From positions 5,869 through 69,868 of the forward strand of contig JAPPHC010000026.1 of assembly GCA_028821145.1 (NCBI GenBank): 64,000 bases of DNA, given 5' to 3'. Positions 1 to 9,408 of this stretch are shown piece after piece; position 1 is the stretch's first letter; every line of letters starts with the position of its first letter. The position numbers and the translations under genes are program-made. The notes below the pieces were generated by a model. That model had not been told where the DNA came from and searched no databases. It saw only the letters and a program-made list of their open reading frames with translations. The DNA is from Gammaproteobacteria bacterium. Its GTDB lineage: Bacteria > Pseudomonadota > Gammaproteobacteria > Steroidobacterales > Foliamicaceae.

Positions 1-32
1 CCGCCACCCGCTACCTCCACCGCGTAAAACAG

Positions 33-57
33 TAGCGAACGCGTCCCGCGTTCGCTA
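33..57 (+). terminator. Perfect hairpin (11-bp stem, 3-nt loop: TAGCGAACGCG-TCC-CGCGTTCGCTA). It lies 6 nt after an in-frame TAA at 25-27 that may close an off-window upstream gene.
   Basis: Read directly from the sequence. No T-tract follows, so an intrinsic-terminator role is uncertain. Confidence 0.3.
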
Positions 58-76
58 GCAGGCGGCGCCGACCCAA

Positions 77-175
77 GCCGTTCTTCGCCCCCCTTCTTCC
101 GGGAGTGTTGGAGCCAGGGATGGCGGAACCAAGCCAGGGATGGCGTCTCCCGGAAGAAGGGGGGCGAAGAACGGC
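77..175. repeat. 99-bp element made of two perfect 29-bp inverted arms around a 41-nt loop. The loop carries a 14-bp direct repeat.
   Basis: Arm 77-105 is GCCGTTCTTCGCCCCCCTTCTTCCGGGAG, and arm 147-175 is its exact reverse complement. AGCCAGGGATGGCG occurs at 112-125 and 132-145. Confidence 0.9.
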
Positions 176-206
176 GAGCCCCGAACCACCCTGCTATGCT
201 CGCGCG

Positions 207-1136
207 ATGCTCGCATTCACGCTGAGGCGGCTCGCCGTCGCAATCCCGACACTGCTCGCGATCGCGACCGCGTCGTTCTTCCTGATGCGCGCGGCGCCCG
301 GCGGGCCCTTCGACACGGAAGCGGACCTCGATCCCGTAGTGCTCGAAAACCTCTATCGCGCCTACGGGCTCGACCAGCCGCTGCTGGAGCAATACTGGAT
401 CTACCTCGCCAACGTGCTGCAGGGCGATTTCGGGCCCTCGCTGGTCTACGAGGACTTCAACGTGACCGAGCTCATCGCGATCGGGCTGCCGGTCAGCGCC
501 AGGCTCGGCTTCACCGCAATGTTCGTCGCGCTGCTGCTCGGCGCAACCTGCGGGATCGTCGCCGCGCTGCGCCACAACCGGCTTTTCGATCACGCCACGA
601 TGACGATGGCGATGACCGGCATTGCCATCCCCTCTTTCGTCACCGCGCCGATCCTCGCGCTGTTCTTCGGTCTCTACCTGAAACTATTGCCCGTGGCCGG
701 CTGGAACGGCGGCGCGGCCGCCAACATGGTGCTGCCGGTCATCGCGCTGGCGCTTCCGCAGCTCGCGATCATCGCCCGGCTGATGCGCGGCGGAATGCTC
801 GAGGTCCTGCGGGCGAACTTCGTGCGCACGGCCCGCGCCAAGGGACTGCCGGAACGCCAGGTGGTGATCAACCACGTGCTGCAGTCGGCCGCGGTCCCGC
901 TGGTCGGCTACCTGGGCCCGGCGCTGGCCGGCATCATGACCGGATCGCTGGTCATCGAGCTGATCTTCGACCTGCCGGGCGTCGGGCGTTACTTCATCCA
1001 GGGCGCGCTGAATCGCGACTACCCGCTGGTCATGGGGATCGTCATCGTCTACGGCACGCTGATCATCCTGCTGAACCTGCTTTCGGACCTCGCCTACGCG
1101 GCGCTGGATCCGCGGGTGCGGAGGACCTACCGGTGA
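207..1136 (+). CDS. ABC transporter permease, oligopeptide/dipeptide type (OppB/DppB-like)
   Basis: Starts MLAFTLRRLAVAIPTLL...FFLMRAAPGGPFD, the typical OppB N-terminus, and is multi-TM. The ATG at 207 was chosen over the track start at 105, which lies inside the inverted repeat. The stop overlaps the next gene's start (GTGA). Confidence 0.9.
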   Translation: MLAFTLRRLAVAIPTLLAIATASFFLMRAAPGGPFDTEADLDPVVLENLYRAYGLDQPLLEQYWIYLANVLQGDFGPSLVYEDFNVTELIAIGLPVSARLGFTAMFVALLLGATCGIVAALRHNRLFDHATMTMAMTGIAIPSFVTAPILALFFGLYLKLLPVAGWNGGAAANMVLPVIALALPQLAIIARLMRGGMLEVLRANFVRTARAKGLPERQVVINHVLQSAAVPLVGYLGPALAGIMTGSLVIELIFDLPGVGRYFIQGALNRDYPLVMGIVIVYGTLIILLNLLSDLAYAALDPRVRRTYR

Positions 1137-2038
1137 GCGCCGGCGGATTGTTGCGGTCGCCGGCCCTGCGCCGGGCGGCGGGCGGCGAGCTGTCCGGCTC
1201 GCTCTGGCGCCAGGCCGGGCGGCGTTTCCGGCGCAACCGCGCCGCGATGATCAGCATCGGCGTGCTGCTGGTCATCGCGCTCACATCGGTCCTGGTGCCG
1301 GCATTCTGGCCGCACGCGGTCGAGGACGCGTCCTGGGAGAACATCCTGCTGCCGCCGAGTTTCGAGAACTGGCACTGGTTCGGCACCGACGCCAACGGCC
1401 GCGACCAGTTCGTGCGGGTGTTCTACGGCGGGCGCATTTCGCTCACGATCGGCCTGATGACGACGCTGGTCGCGCTGGGCATCGGGGTCGGCTACGGCGC
1501 CGTCGCCGGGTTCACGGGCGGGCGCACCGACGGGTTCATGATGCGCTTCGTCGACATCCTGTATTCGCTGCCGCTGTTGTTCTTCATCATCATCCTGGTG
1601 ACCGTGTTCGGGCGCAACATCTTCCTGATATTCGTCGCCATCGGCGCGGTCGAGTGGCTGACGCTCTCGCGCATCGTGCGCGGCCAGACATTGAGCGTAA
1701 AGGCCAAGGAGTACGTCGAATCGGCCGTCGCGATCGGGCTGTCGAAACCGGCGATCCTGCGCCGCTACATCATTCCGAACGTGGTCGGGCCCGTCGTCGT
1801 TTACGTGACGCTGCTGATTCCCACCAACATCCTGATCGAGAGCTACCTGAGCTTCATCGGGCTGGGCGTGCAGGAGCCGCTCACGAGCTGGGGCCTGCTG
1901 ATCTCGCAGGCGGTAGGCCAGCTCGACACGGCCCCCTGGCTGATCCTGTTTCCGGCGACGTTTCTGGCCATCACGATGTTCTGCTTCAACTTCATCGGCG
2001 ACGGGCTGCGCGACGCCCTCGACCCCTCCCACCGCTAA
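1133..2038 (+). CDS. ABC transporter permease, oligopeptide/dipeptide type (OppC/DppC-like)
   Basis: This is the C-terminal 301 codons of the 140..2038 ORF. The motif WHWFGTDANGRDQFVRVFYGGRISL is typical of OppC. A GTG at 1133 overlaps the upstream TGA. Confidence 0.88.
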   Translation: MSAGGLLRSPALRRAAGGELSGSLWRQAGRRFRRNRAAMISIGVLLVIALTSVLVPAFWPHAVEDASWENILLPPSFENWHWFGTDANGRDQFVRVFYGGRISLTIGLMTTLVALGIGVGYGAVAGFTGGRTDGFMMRFVDILYSLPLLFFIIILVTVFGRNIFLIFVAIGAVEWLTLSRIVRGQTLSVKAKEYVESAVAIGLSKPAILRRYIIPNVVGPVVVYVTLLIPTNILIESYLSFIGLGVQEPLTSWGLLISQAVGQLDTAPWLILFPATFLAITMFCFNFIGDGLRDALDPSHR

Positions 2039-2047
2039 CGGCCGGGA

Positions 2048-3009
<962 letters not shown>

Positions 3010-3013
<4 letters not shown>

Positions 3014-4011
3014 CCGCACCGCTGCTCAGCGTCCGGTCGCTTTGCGTGGACTACGAGCAACGCCGCGCCGGCGTGTTCGGTTCGAGAGCCAGCACGCTAC
3101 GAGCGGTCCATGACATCAGCTTCGAGCTTTCCGAAGGCGAAACGCTGGGAATCGTGGGCGAGACGGGCTGCGGCAAGACTTCGCTCGGCAAGGCGATCCT
3201 GCAACTGGTCCCGCCGGCAGCGGGACGCGTTCTCTGGCGCGGCACGGACCTGGCACGTACCGATGCCAGGACGCTGACCCGCCTGCGCAGCGAACTGCAG
3301 ATCGTGTTTCAGGACCCGCTGTCGGCCCTGAACCCGCGCATGCCGGTCGGCGAGATCGTCGCCGAGCCGCTGCGCGTGCATGCGGCGGACATGTCCGCGC
3401 AGGAGCGCCGGGCTGCGGTTGCGGACATGTTCGAACGGGTCGGCCTGCGGCCCGAAATGACCAGCCGCTATCCCAACGAGTTCAGCTCCGGCCAATGCCA
3501 GCGCATCAGCATCGCGCGCGCCATGATCACCGGGCCGAAGCTGCTGGTATGCGACGAACCCGTCAGCGCTCTCGACGTGTCCATACAGGCGCAGATCTGC
3601 AACCTGCTCCGCCGGCTGCAGCGCGAGACCGGCATCGCGATCCTGTTCATCAGCCACGACCTGTCGGTGCTGCGCTACATGTCGCACCGCGTGATGGTGC
3701 TGTATCTCGGCCGGCTGATGGAAATCGCCCCGCGCGACGAGCTGTTCGAAAACCCCCGACACCCCTACAGCCGGGCGCTGATCGAAGCAATCCCGGAGGC
3801 CGACCCCGACCGCGGTCCGCACGATATGGCCGACGCCCTGCCCGGCGAAATCCCGTCGGCGCTGGCCCCGCCGTCCGGTTGCGTTTTCCGCACCCGCTGC
3901 CCGATCGCCACACCCGAATGCGCGCGCACGCGGCCGCCCGGCGAAAGCGTCTCGGCCTCGCACCGCGTCGCCTGCCATCACTGGCGGGATGCGCACGCCC
4001 AGCCGCGTTAG
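3010..4011 (+). CDS. ABC transporter ATP-binding protein (OppF/DppF-like)
   Basis: Walker A GETGCGKTS, signature FSSGQCQR, Walker B LLVCDEPVSALD, and RHPYSRAL...GCVFRTRC. A GTG at 3010 overlaps the upstream stop. Confidence 0.9.
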
Positions 4012-4032
4012 TTGCGGATAAGATGGCGCGCC

Positions 4033-4452
4033 ATGAGCACCCTGGAGAAGCTCGCCCGGCAGATATTCGACTCGCAGCCCTTCAGCAGGCACCTCGGGGC
4101 TTCGCTGGAATCGGTGGGGCCCGACAGAGCGGAAATCGCCCTGGCGGTCACCGATGAGCTGACCCAGCAGCACGGTTTCGCCCACGGCGGGATCATCAGC
4201 TACCTGGCCGACAACGCGATGGCCTTCGCGGGCGGCCTTGCGCTCGGCGGCGACGCCCTGATGGCGGAATTCAAGATCAACTTCGTCCGGCCCGCCGTCG
4301 GCGGTCGGCTCATCGCGCGCGCACGCACCACGGCCCTGAGCAAGCGCCAGGCCGTCTGCCAGGGCAAGGTCTACACGGTTTCCGACGATGGCGCCGAAAC
4401 GCTTTGCGCGGTCGCCCAGGGCACCGTCGTCGCGGCATCAACGGAAAAATAG
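4033..4452 (+). CDS. PaaI-family hotdog-fold thioesterase
   Basis: About 140 aa. The core ...QQHGFAHGGIISYLADNAMAFAG... is typical of PaaI/YdiI-type thioesterases. Confidence 0.72.
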   Translation: MSTLEKLARQIFDSQPFSRHLGASLESVGPDRAEIALAVTDELTQQHGFAHGGIISYLADNAMAFAGGLALGGDALMAEFKINFVRPAVGGRLIARARTTALSKRQAVCQGKVYTVSDDGAETLCAVAQGTVVAASTEK

Positions 4453-4473
4453 GCCGAACGCGAAGGCGGGGGG

Positions 4474-5832
4474 ATGGCTAGACGGATTGCCATCATCGGT
4501 GGGGGAGTCTCGGGACTGGGAGCCGCGTGGGCGCTCAGCCGGCATCCCGACCGGTTCGATTTCCGGCTCTACGAAGCGCAGGCCCGGCTGGGCGGCAACG
4601 CCATAACCGCCGACATGCCGCAGGACGACGGCAGTTCGATTCCGTTCGACATCTCCGTCACCGCGCTGATCCCCTCCGTTTACCAGCACATCCTGCTGGT
4701 GATGCAGCAGCACGATATCGACCTGATCGACACCCGGTTCAGCTACAGCGTCAAGTATCGCGGCGGCGTCTATGCGCACGATTTCGACTCCGACATCCGC
4801 CGCGAACTGCAGCCGGAAATCGAGAGATTCCAGAAGCTCCTGAAGCGTTTGCACTGGTTCGGCCGAGTCAACAACACCCGCTCCAGGCTGCTCAATCTGC
4901 TGAACCCGTTCAACTACGTCAGCATGGGCACAGTGCTCAACTGGGGCCGGTTTTCGGGTGATTTCCGCTACAAGATCCTCAAGCCCATGTTCGTCAACTT
5001 CCTGATGGCGACCAACGTGTTCGACATGCCCGCGTCGCTGTTCTCCCGCTACCTGCAGTTCTTCGATATCGAGGCCGCGACGCCGATGAAGACCTGGGAC
5101 CAGGGCACGAGGCGCATCTACGAGGCGCTCTCAGACGGTTTCCGGGACAGGATTTATCTGAACCGGCCGGTCCGGAAGGTCCACCGGCGCCCGTCGCATG
5201 TCCTGGTCGAGGACGAAAACGGCAAGACGGAGAAGTTCGACGACGTGATCTTCGCCTGCAATGCGAACCAGACCCTGATGCTGCTGGACGCCCCGACCTA
5301 CCTCGAAAGTTCGATTCTCTCGTCGATACGCTACGAGAGCGAACTGCACAACCACACCGTCGTGCACTCGGACGCCTCGGTCCTGCCCGACAGCGACGTG
5401 GAGGCGCTGGACACCCGGAGCAACCACATCGAGCAGTACGGCGCGCGGCCCGACAACTACGAAATCACCTACATCATGCACAACCAGCAGCCGTGGGCGA
5501 AGCGCTCGGACAAGCCCTGCCTGGTGACCTACAACGCGATCAGCCCGATCGACGAAAGCAAGATCATCAAAAAGTGGTGGTTCCAGCACGTCGTCCACGA
5601 CGTGCGCCACATCGCCATCCTGATTCAGTTGTTCCGCTTCATCCAGGGCAAGCGGCGAAGCTGGCACTGCGGCGCCCACACGCTGATCAACAGCCAGGAA
5701 ACCTGCTTCGTGACCGGCCTGATCGCGGCCAGGCAGCTCGGCGCCGACTACCCGTTCGACGATGCCGAAGCGAAGAAGTGGTTCAACTTCTACGGGCGCA
5801 TGCTGTACGGCTGGCGGTTCAGGAAAGCCTGA
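4474..5832 (+). CDS. NAD(P)/FAD-dependent oxidoreductase (amine-oxidase-like fold)
   Basis: N-terminal dinucleotide fold RIAIIGGGVSGLGAAWAL...YEAQARLGGNA. A Shine-Dalgarno-like AAGGCGGGGGG lies upstream. Confidence 0.75.
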   Translation: MARRIAIIGGGVSGLGAAWALSRHPDRFDFRLYEAQARLGGNAITADMPQDDGSSIPFDISVTALIPSVYQHILLVMQQHDIDLIDTRFSYSVKYRGGVYAHDFDSDIRRELQPEIERFQKLLKRLHWFGRVNNTRSRLLNLLNPFNYVSMGTVLNWGRFSGDFRYKILKPMFVNFLMATNVFDMPASLFSRYLQFFDIEAATPMKTWDQGTRRIYEALSDGFRDRIYLNRPVRKVHRRPSHVLVEDENGKTEKFDDVIFACNANQTLMLLDAPTYLESSILSSIRYESELHNHTVVHSDASVLPDSDVEALDTRSNHIEQYGARPDNYEITYIMHNQQPWAKRSDKPCLVTYNAISPIDESKIIKKWWFQHVVHDVRHIAILIQLFRFIQGKRRSWHCGAHTLINSQETCFVTGLIAARQLGADYPFDDAEAKKWFNFYGRMLYGWRFRKA

Positions 5833-5899
5833 AAATGGCCGGGAGCGAGGGCATGCCCCTCGCGGCGTCCCGCCCTCCTCGAAGGCGAGACGCCTTGTA

Positions 5900-8341
5900 C
5901 TAGAAGGACGCTCTCACGCGCACACCGTATTCCCGCCTCAGGTAACCGGCCGTGAAGGCCTTGCGGCTGCCGCCGGGGCCGCTGGTCGTTCCGTTGGTAT
6001 TGGGGAGGACCTTGTTGTCGGTCAGGTTGGTGCCGAAAATCTCAAAGGTGCTGTTTTCGGTCAGATCGAATCCCAGGCGGGCGTTGATCTTGAACATTGA
6101 CTTCGTCCGGTTGAATTCCGAGTAGTCCGCCCACTTCGGGCTCTCGTAGAAGAAATCGGTACGGAAGTAGAACTCCCGTCCGGCGAAGTTGCCGAGAATC
6201 GTGGGACTCAGGGACGCCGTCCATTTCGGCGTGTTGCGCGCCTCGTTGCCGTCGTTGACGACGGACAATGGGCCCGATCCAAGCACTACGAACTCGTTCG
6301 ATCCACGGGAGGAGAACGACGCCATGACCGCATCCACGTAGGTAAGCGTTCCGCGAATGCTGAACCAGTCGGTCAGATTGCCTTGCGCTTCGAGGTCCAC
6401 GCCCGTGTATTCCGAATTGCCCGGTCCGCGATAGGATGTGGTCCCGCCAGTGGGAAGCAGAATGACCGATGCGAAAGGCTGGTTTTTCCAGTCAATGTAG
6501 AAGACCGCGGCGGTCAAGGCCCAGTTGTCCGTCTGCTGCTTCCAGCCGATTTCGTACTGCGTGTTCTCCTGGGGCGGCGTGTAAAGGCCCAGGATCTCCA
6601 ACTGGTCGGCGGGAATGATTTCCGGCGCAACACTGTTGATGAACCCGGCTTGAGTCGCCACGCCCAGCAGTGAACTGTAGGAGTAGCTGAAGTAGGTGGT
6701 GGCCCCTTCAAACGGCTGGTAGCTGAGAATCACCCTGGGGATGAAATCGGTGTACTCGTTCGTTTCGTTGCACACGGGCGAGAACCCGCCACATTGGCCG
6801 CTCGGGTTCCCGAACAGGACCGCCACCGACTCTTCATCGGTGTAGCGGGCTTCCACCGACAGGGTCAGATCCTCCGCAAGGTCGTAGTCCACCGATGCGA
6901 ACAAGGCCGTGGTCCCGTTGTCCTGGAAGTCCACCGTCGCGGTGGTCGTGGCCGGATCCATTTGCGTCGTGGTCGGAATATTGCCGAGCCGATAGCGCTG
7001 GTCATAGTCGCTCACGCCAATGAGATACCGGAGCCTTTGGTCCTGCGGAGAGGCAATCCGGGCCTCGAAGTAGGTTTCCTGGGTGGCGATGTTGTTGCCG
7101 AGTACGAAGGCCGTGCCGGGGATGCTTGGAATGCCGTACCAGAAGTCCACGAGGTTAATGGTTCCCGTATCCGCGCGTGAAGCCTGGAAGGACACTGTGT
7201 GTTCGGCAACGTCGTATTCGCCGCTCAACTGAACGCGGTAGGTCCGGTTAAAGCCGCCCAGCTTGTCGCCCGGCGGGTCCTTGAGGATGTCGTATTCCTC
7301 GAGCAGTGGGTGCAGACCGCCCAGCGTACGGCCTCCGAATATCTGACCGCCCGGCGCCGTAAAGGAGAAGGCGCCCGTCGGGGAGCGGCTTATGCCGAAC
7401 ACGAGGTTCTCTCCGTCGGGGTACTTGCCGCACCACAAGTGGGACCCGCCGAAATCGGTGGCGATAGTTCGTGTAAAGGGAGTCCGTTCACCCGTGGCCG
7501 GATTCAGATACTCGCCCGTATAGACGATTCCGCAATCACCGGTCGCCGTGCCATGAAACCTCGAGTCAACCCCGCCGTTGACGCCGCCATCCTCGGCGTC
7601 CACGTAGTATCCGGTGAGTTTCAGGCGGAAGTCTTCGGTGACGTCAATGGTCAGCGTGCCGTTGAAGGTGAGGTCCTGCTGAACGCCGAAGGGCGAGCCG
7701 TCCTGAAAATTGAAATCGCCGGCATTCTGCTCGTAACCGGCATACAGGCGCAGGCCTACCCGGTCCGAGATCGGGCCGCCTATGCCGATGCCAACGATGT
7801 ATTCATCGTGCTGGGACGGCGAATACTGCAGCGTTACGTCCGCTTCCCACTCGTCTCCGGGAAGCCGGGGAATGTAGTTGACGGCGCCCGAAAAAGTGTT
7901 GCGCCCGAAGTACGCGGTTTGCGGGCCCTTGATGACCTCGACGCGCTCCACGTCCGTGATCGGCAGGAAGCCGCCACCGGCCGCGATGTACGACCCGTCC
8001 CAGAACAGGGCGCCCACCTGGGTCGAGGGGGTGATGATCTGCTGGTTCATTCCGCGGAAGCGGATCTGCGGATTCACGCGCCCGGCTGTCGCCGTGACGC
8101 CGTGATAGTCGAGACCGGGAACCAGCTTCGACAGCTCATGGAAGTCGCCGATGCCGGCCTGGTCCAGTTGCTCCTGCGAAAATGCCGACACCGAGATCGG
8201 GATCTCGTAGATGTTCTCTTCGCGCTTCCGAGCGGTAACGACAATCTCCTCCAGCGACATTTCCTGCGCCAGGGCATTCTGCGCGACGGGCAAAGCCATC
8301 AAGGCCATGACTGACGCGGCAACGAGATTTCGCAAATTCAT
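5900..8341 (-). CDS. TonB-dependent receptor
   Basis: Signal peptide, then plug motifs EEIVVTARKREENIYEIPISVSAF and RVEVIKGPQTAYFGRNTFSGAVN. The C-terminus is ...YGVRVRASF. The ATG at 8341 is preferred because GGGGGA lies upstream; the track start is 8362. Confidence 0.9.
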   Translation of the reverse strand: MNLRNLVAASVMALMALPVAQNALAQEMSLEEIVVTARKREENIYEIPISVSAFSQEQLDQAGIGDFHELSKLVPGLDYHGVTATAGRVNPQIRFRGMNQQIITPSTQVGALFWDGSYIAAGGGFLPITDVERVEVIKGPQTAYFGRNTFSGAVNYIPRLPGDEWEADVTLQYSPSQHDEYIVGIGIGGPISDRVGLRLYAGYEQNAGDFNFQDGSPFGVQQDLTFNGTLTIDVTEDFRLKLTGYYVDAEDGGVNGGVDSRFHGTATGDCGIVYTGEYLNPATGERTPFTRTIATDFGGSHLWCGKYPDGENLVFGISRSPTGAFSFTAPGGQIFGGRTLGGLHPLLEEYDILKDPPGDKLGGFNRTYRVQLSGEYDVAEHTVSFQASRADTGTINLVDFWYGIPSIPGTAFVLGNNIATQETYFEARIASPQDQRLRYLIGVSDYDQRYRLGNIPTTTQMDPATTTATVDFQDNGTTALFASVDYDLAEDLTLSVEARYTDEESVAVLFGNPSGQCGGFSPVCNETNEYTDFIPRVILSYQPFEGATTYFSYSYSSLLGVATQAGFINSVAPEIIPADQLEILGLYTPPQENTQYEIGWKQQTDNWALTAAVFYIDWKNQPFASVILLPTGGTTSYRGPGNSEYTGVDLEAQGNLTDWFSIRGTLTYVDAVMASFSSRGSNEFVVLGSGPLSVVNDGNEARNTPKWTASLSPTILGNFAGREFYFRTDFFYESPKWADYSEFNRTKSMFKINARLGFDLTENSTFEIFGTNLTDNKVLPNTNGTTSGPGGSRKAFTAGYLRREYGVRVRASF

Positions 8342-8419
8342 AGGTGTCCCCCAAAAAGACATGAAAAGAACCGGATAGACCCCCTCACCCGGCTACGCGC
8401 AACGAATAATACACGGCGC

Positions 8420-9367
8420 TCAGGCCTTTGTCAGAAAGCCCACCACCGCGTCGGCCCATTCCTCGGGCATCTGATCGACGATGTCGATGCCGCCGCCTTC
8501 AAGTTCCACATAGGCGAAGTCGGGGCGCATCTCGGCAGCCAGCTTTGCGTTTTCGTAGATCTGGTCGCCCGTGTTGGTCAGGATCATCGTGGGTACCAAA
8601 AGCTCCATGAGAGCTGCATTGTGGTCGTAGATGAACGCAGCGTGGTGGCCCGTCCAGAACGGCGCGTATCCCTGGAAGCGCTCCACCGTGTAGCGGGTGA
8701 TGAGCTTCGGATCGGGCGTTCCTCCGCCGTCCACGTACATGCGGTAGCGGCCGGCGAAGGCGTCCTGCATATGGCTGCCGTCGGCTTGGTGGACAAAGTT
8801 GATCTCGCCTTCCTCGACGAACTTGAGAAAGTTGCTTCGTTCTTCCTCGCCCATCGGCAAGGGCCCGTTGATGATGAGCTTGTTCACTCGTTCCGGAAAG
8901 AGGATGGCCACTTCCGTCGCCACCATGCCCCCGGTGTGGTGACCGAGCACGTCGGCCTTATCGATGCCGAGCAGGTCGAGCACGGCGGGCACCGCCTCGG
9001 CCCAGTCACTGACCGTGGGCACGAAGGGCGTGGGGTCCGATTCCCCGAAACCAGGCGAATCGACGCCGATGGCCCGAATCCCGCGGCGCGCCAGGGGTTC
9101 GTACACGTTCTCGAACTGGCGCGAGGTCTGTGGCGCCTGGGGGCACAGAATCAGCGGCCTTCCCTCCCCCGTGTCGCGGAAGTGGACCTGCCCGAACGGT
9201 CCGTCCGCGTAGCCGCGTCGGGGCACATAGGGCACTTCCATGGGCCCGGACCTCACCGCATAGGGATTGCCCTCCGCCCGCGTTTCGACGGCGCCGGCGC
9301 GGGCCGCGGACATCACTGCAATCGCGGCCCCCGTGTACTTCAGTGTGTCTCTGCGCGTGGTTGTCAT
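8420..9367 (-). CDS. Tat-exported alpha/beta-fold hydrolase-like protein with an atypical nucleophile elbow
   Basis: Twin-arginine leader MTTTRRDTLKYTGAAIAVMSAARAGA. The alpha/beta-fold layout includes IGVDSPGFGESD and an elbow reading VLGHHTGGMVA. Confidence 0.75.
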   Translation of the reverse strand: MTTTRRDTLKYTGAAIAVMSAARAGAVETRAEGNPYAVRSGPMEVPYVPRRGYADGPFGQVHFRDTGEGRPLILCPQAPQTSRQFENVYEPLARRGIRAIGVDSPGFGESDPTPFVPTVSDWAEAVPAVLDLLGIDKADVLGHHTGGMVATEVAILFPERVNKLIINGPLPMGEEERSNFLKFVEEGEINFVHQADGSHMQDAFAGRYRMYVDGGGTPDPKLITRYTVERFQGYAPFWTGHHAAFIYDHNAALMELLVPTMILTNTGDQIYENAKLAAEMRPDFAYVELEGGGIDIVDQMPEEWADAVVGFLTKA

Positions 9368-9408
9368 GGCGTGCTCCTCCGGTGGGGGAACGGATCATAT
9401 CAGCCGGC

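Noticed and set aside
1-27. 3' end of an upstream gene (frame 1, ...PPPATSTA*), presumably the ABC substrate-binding protein
   Set aside because: Nine codons are too few to support any call. It is mentioned only as context for the hairpin at 33-57.
105-206. N-terminal extension of the first permease ORF (MLEPGMAEPSQGW...)
   Set aside because: It lies inside the 29-bp inverted-repeat element. The conserved OppB N-terminus begins at the ATG at 207.
140-2038. 632-aa ORF in the track that looks like one giant gene
   Set aside because: Its first roughly 330 codons are an out-of-frame read through the OppB-like gene and give Arg/Ala/Pro-rich nonsense. Only the part from the GTG at 1133, which has an OppC-like sequence, is credible.
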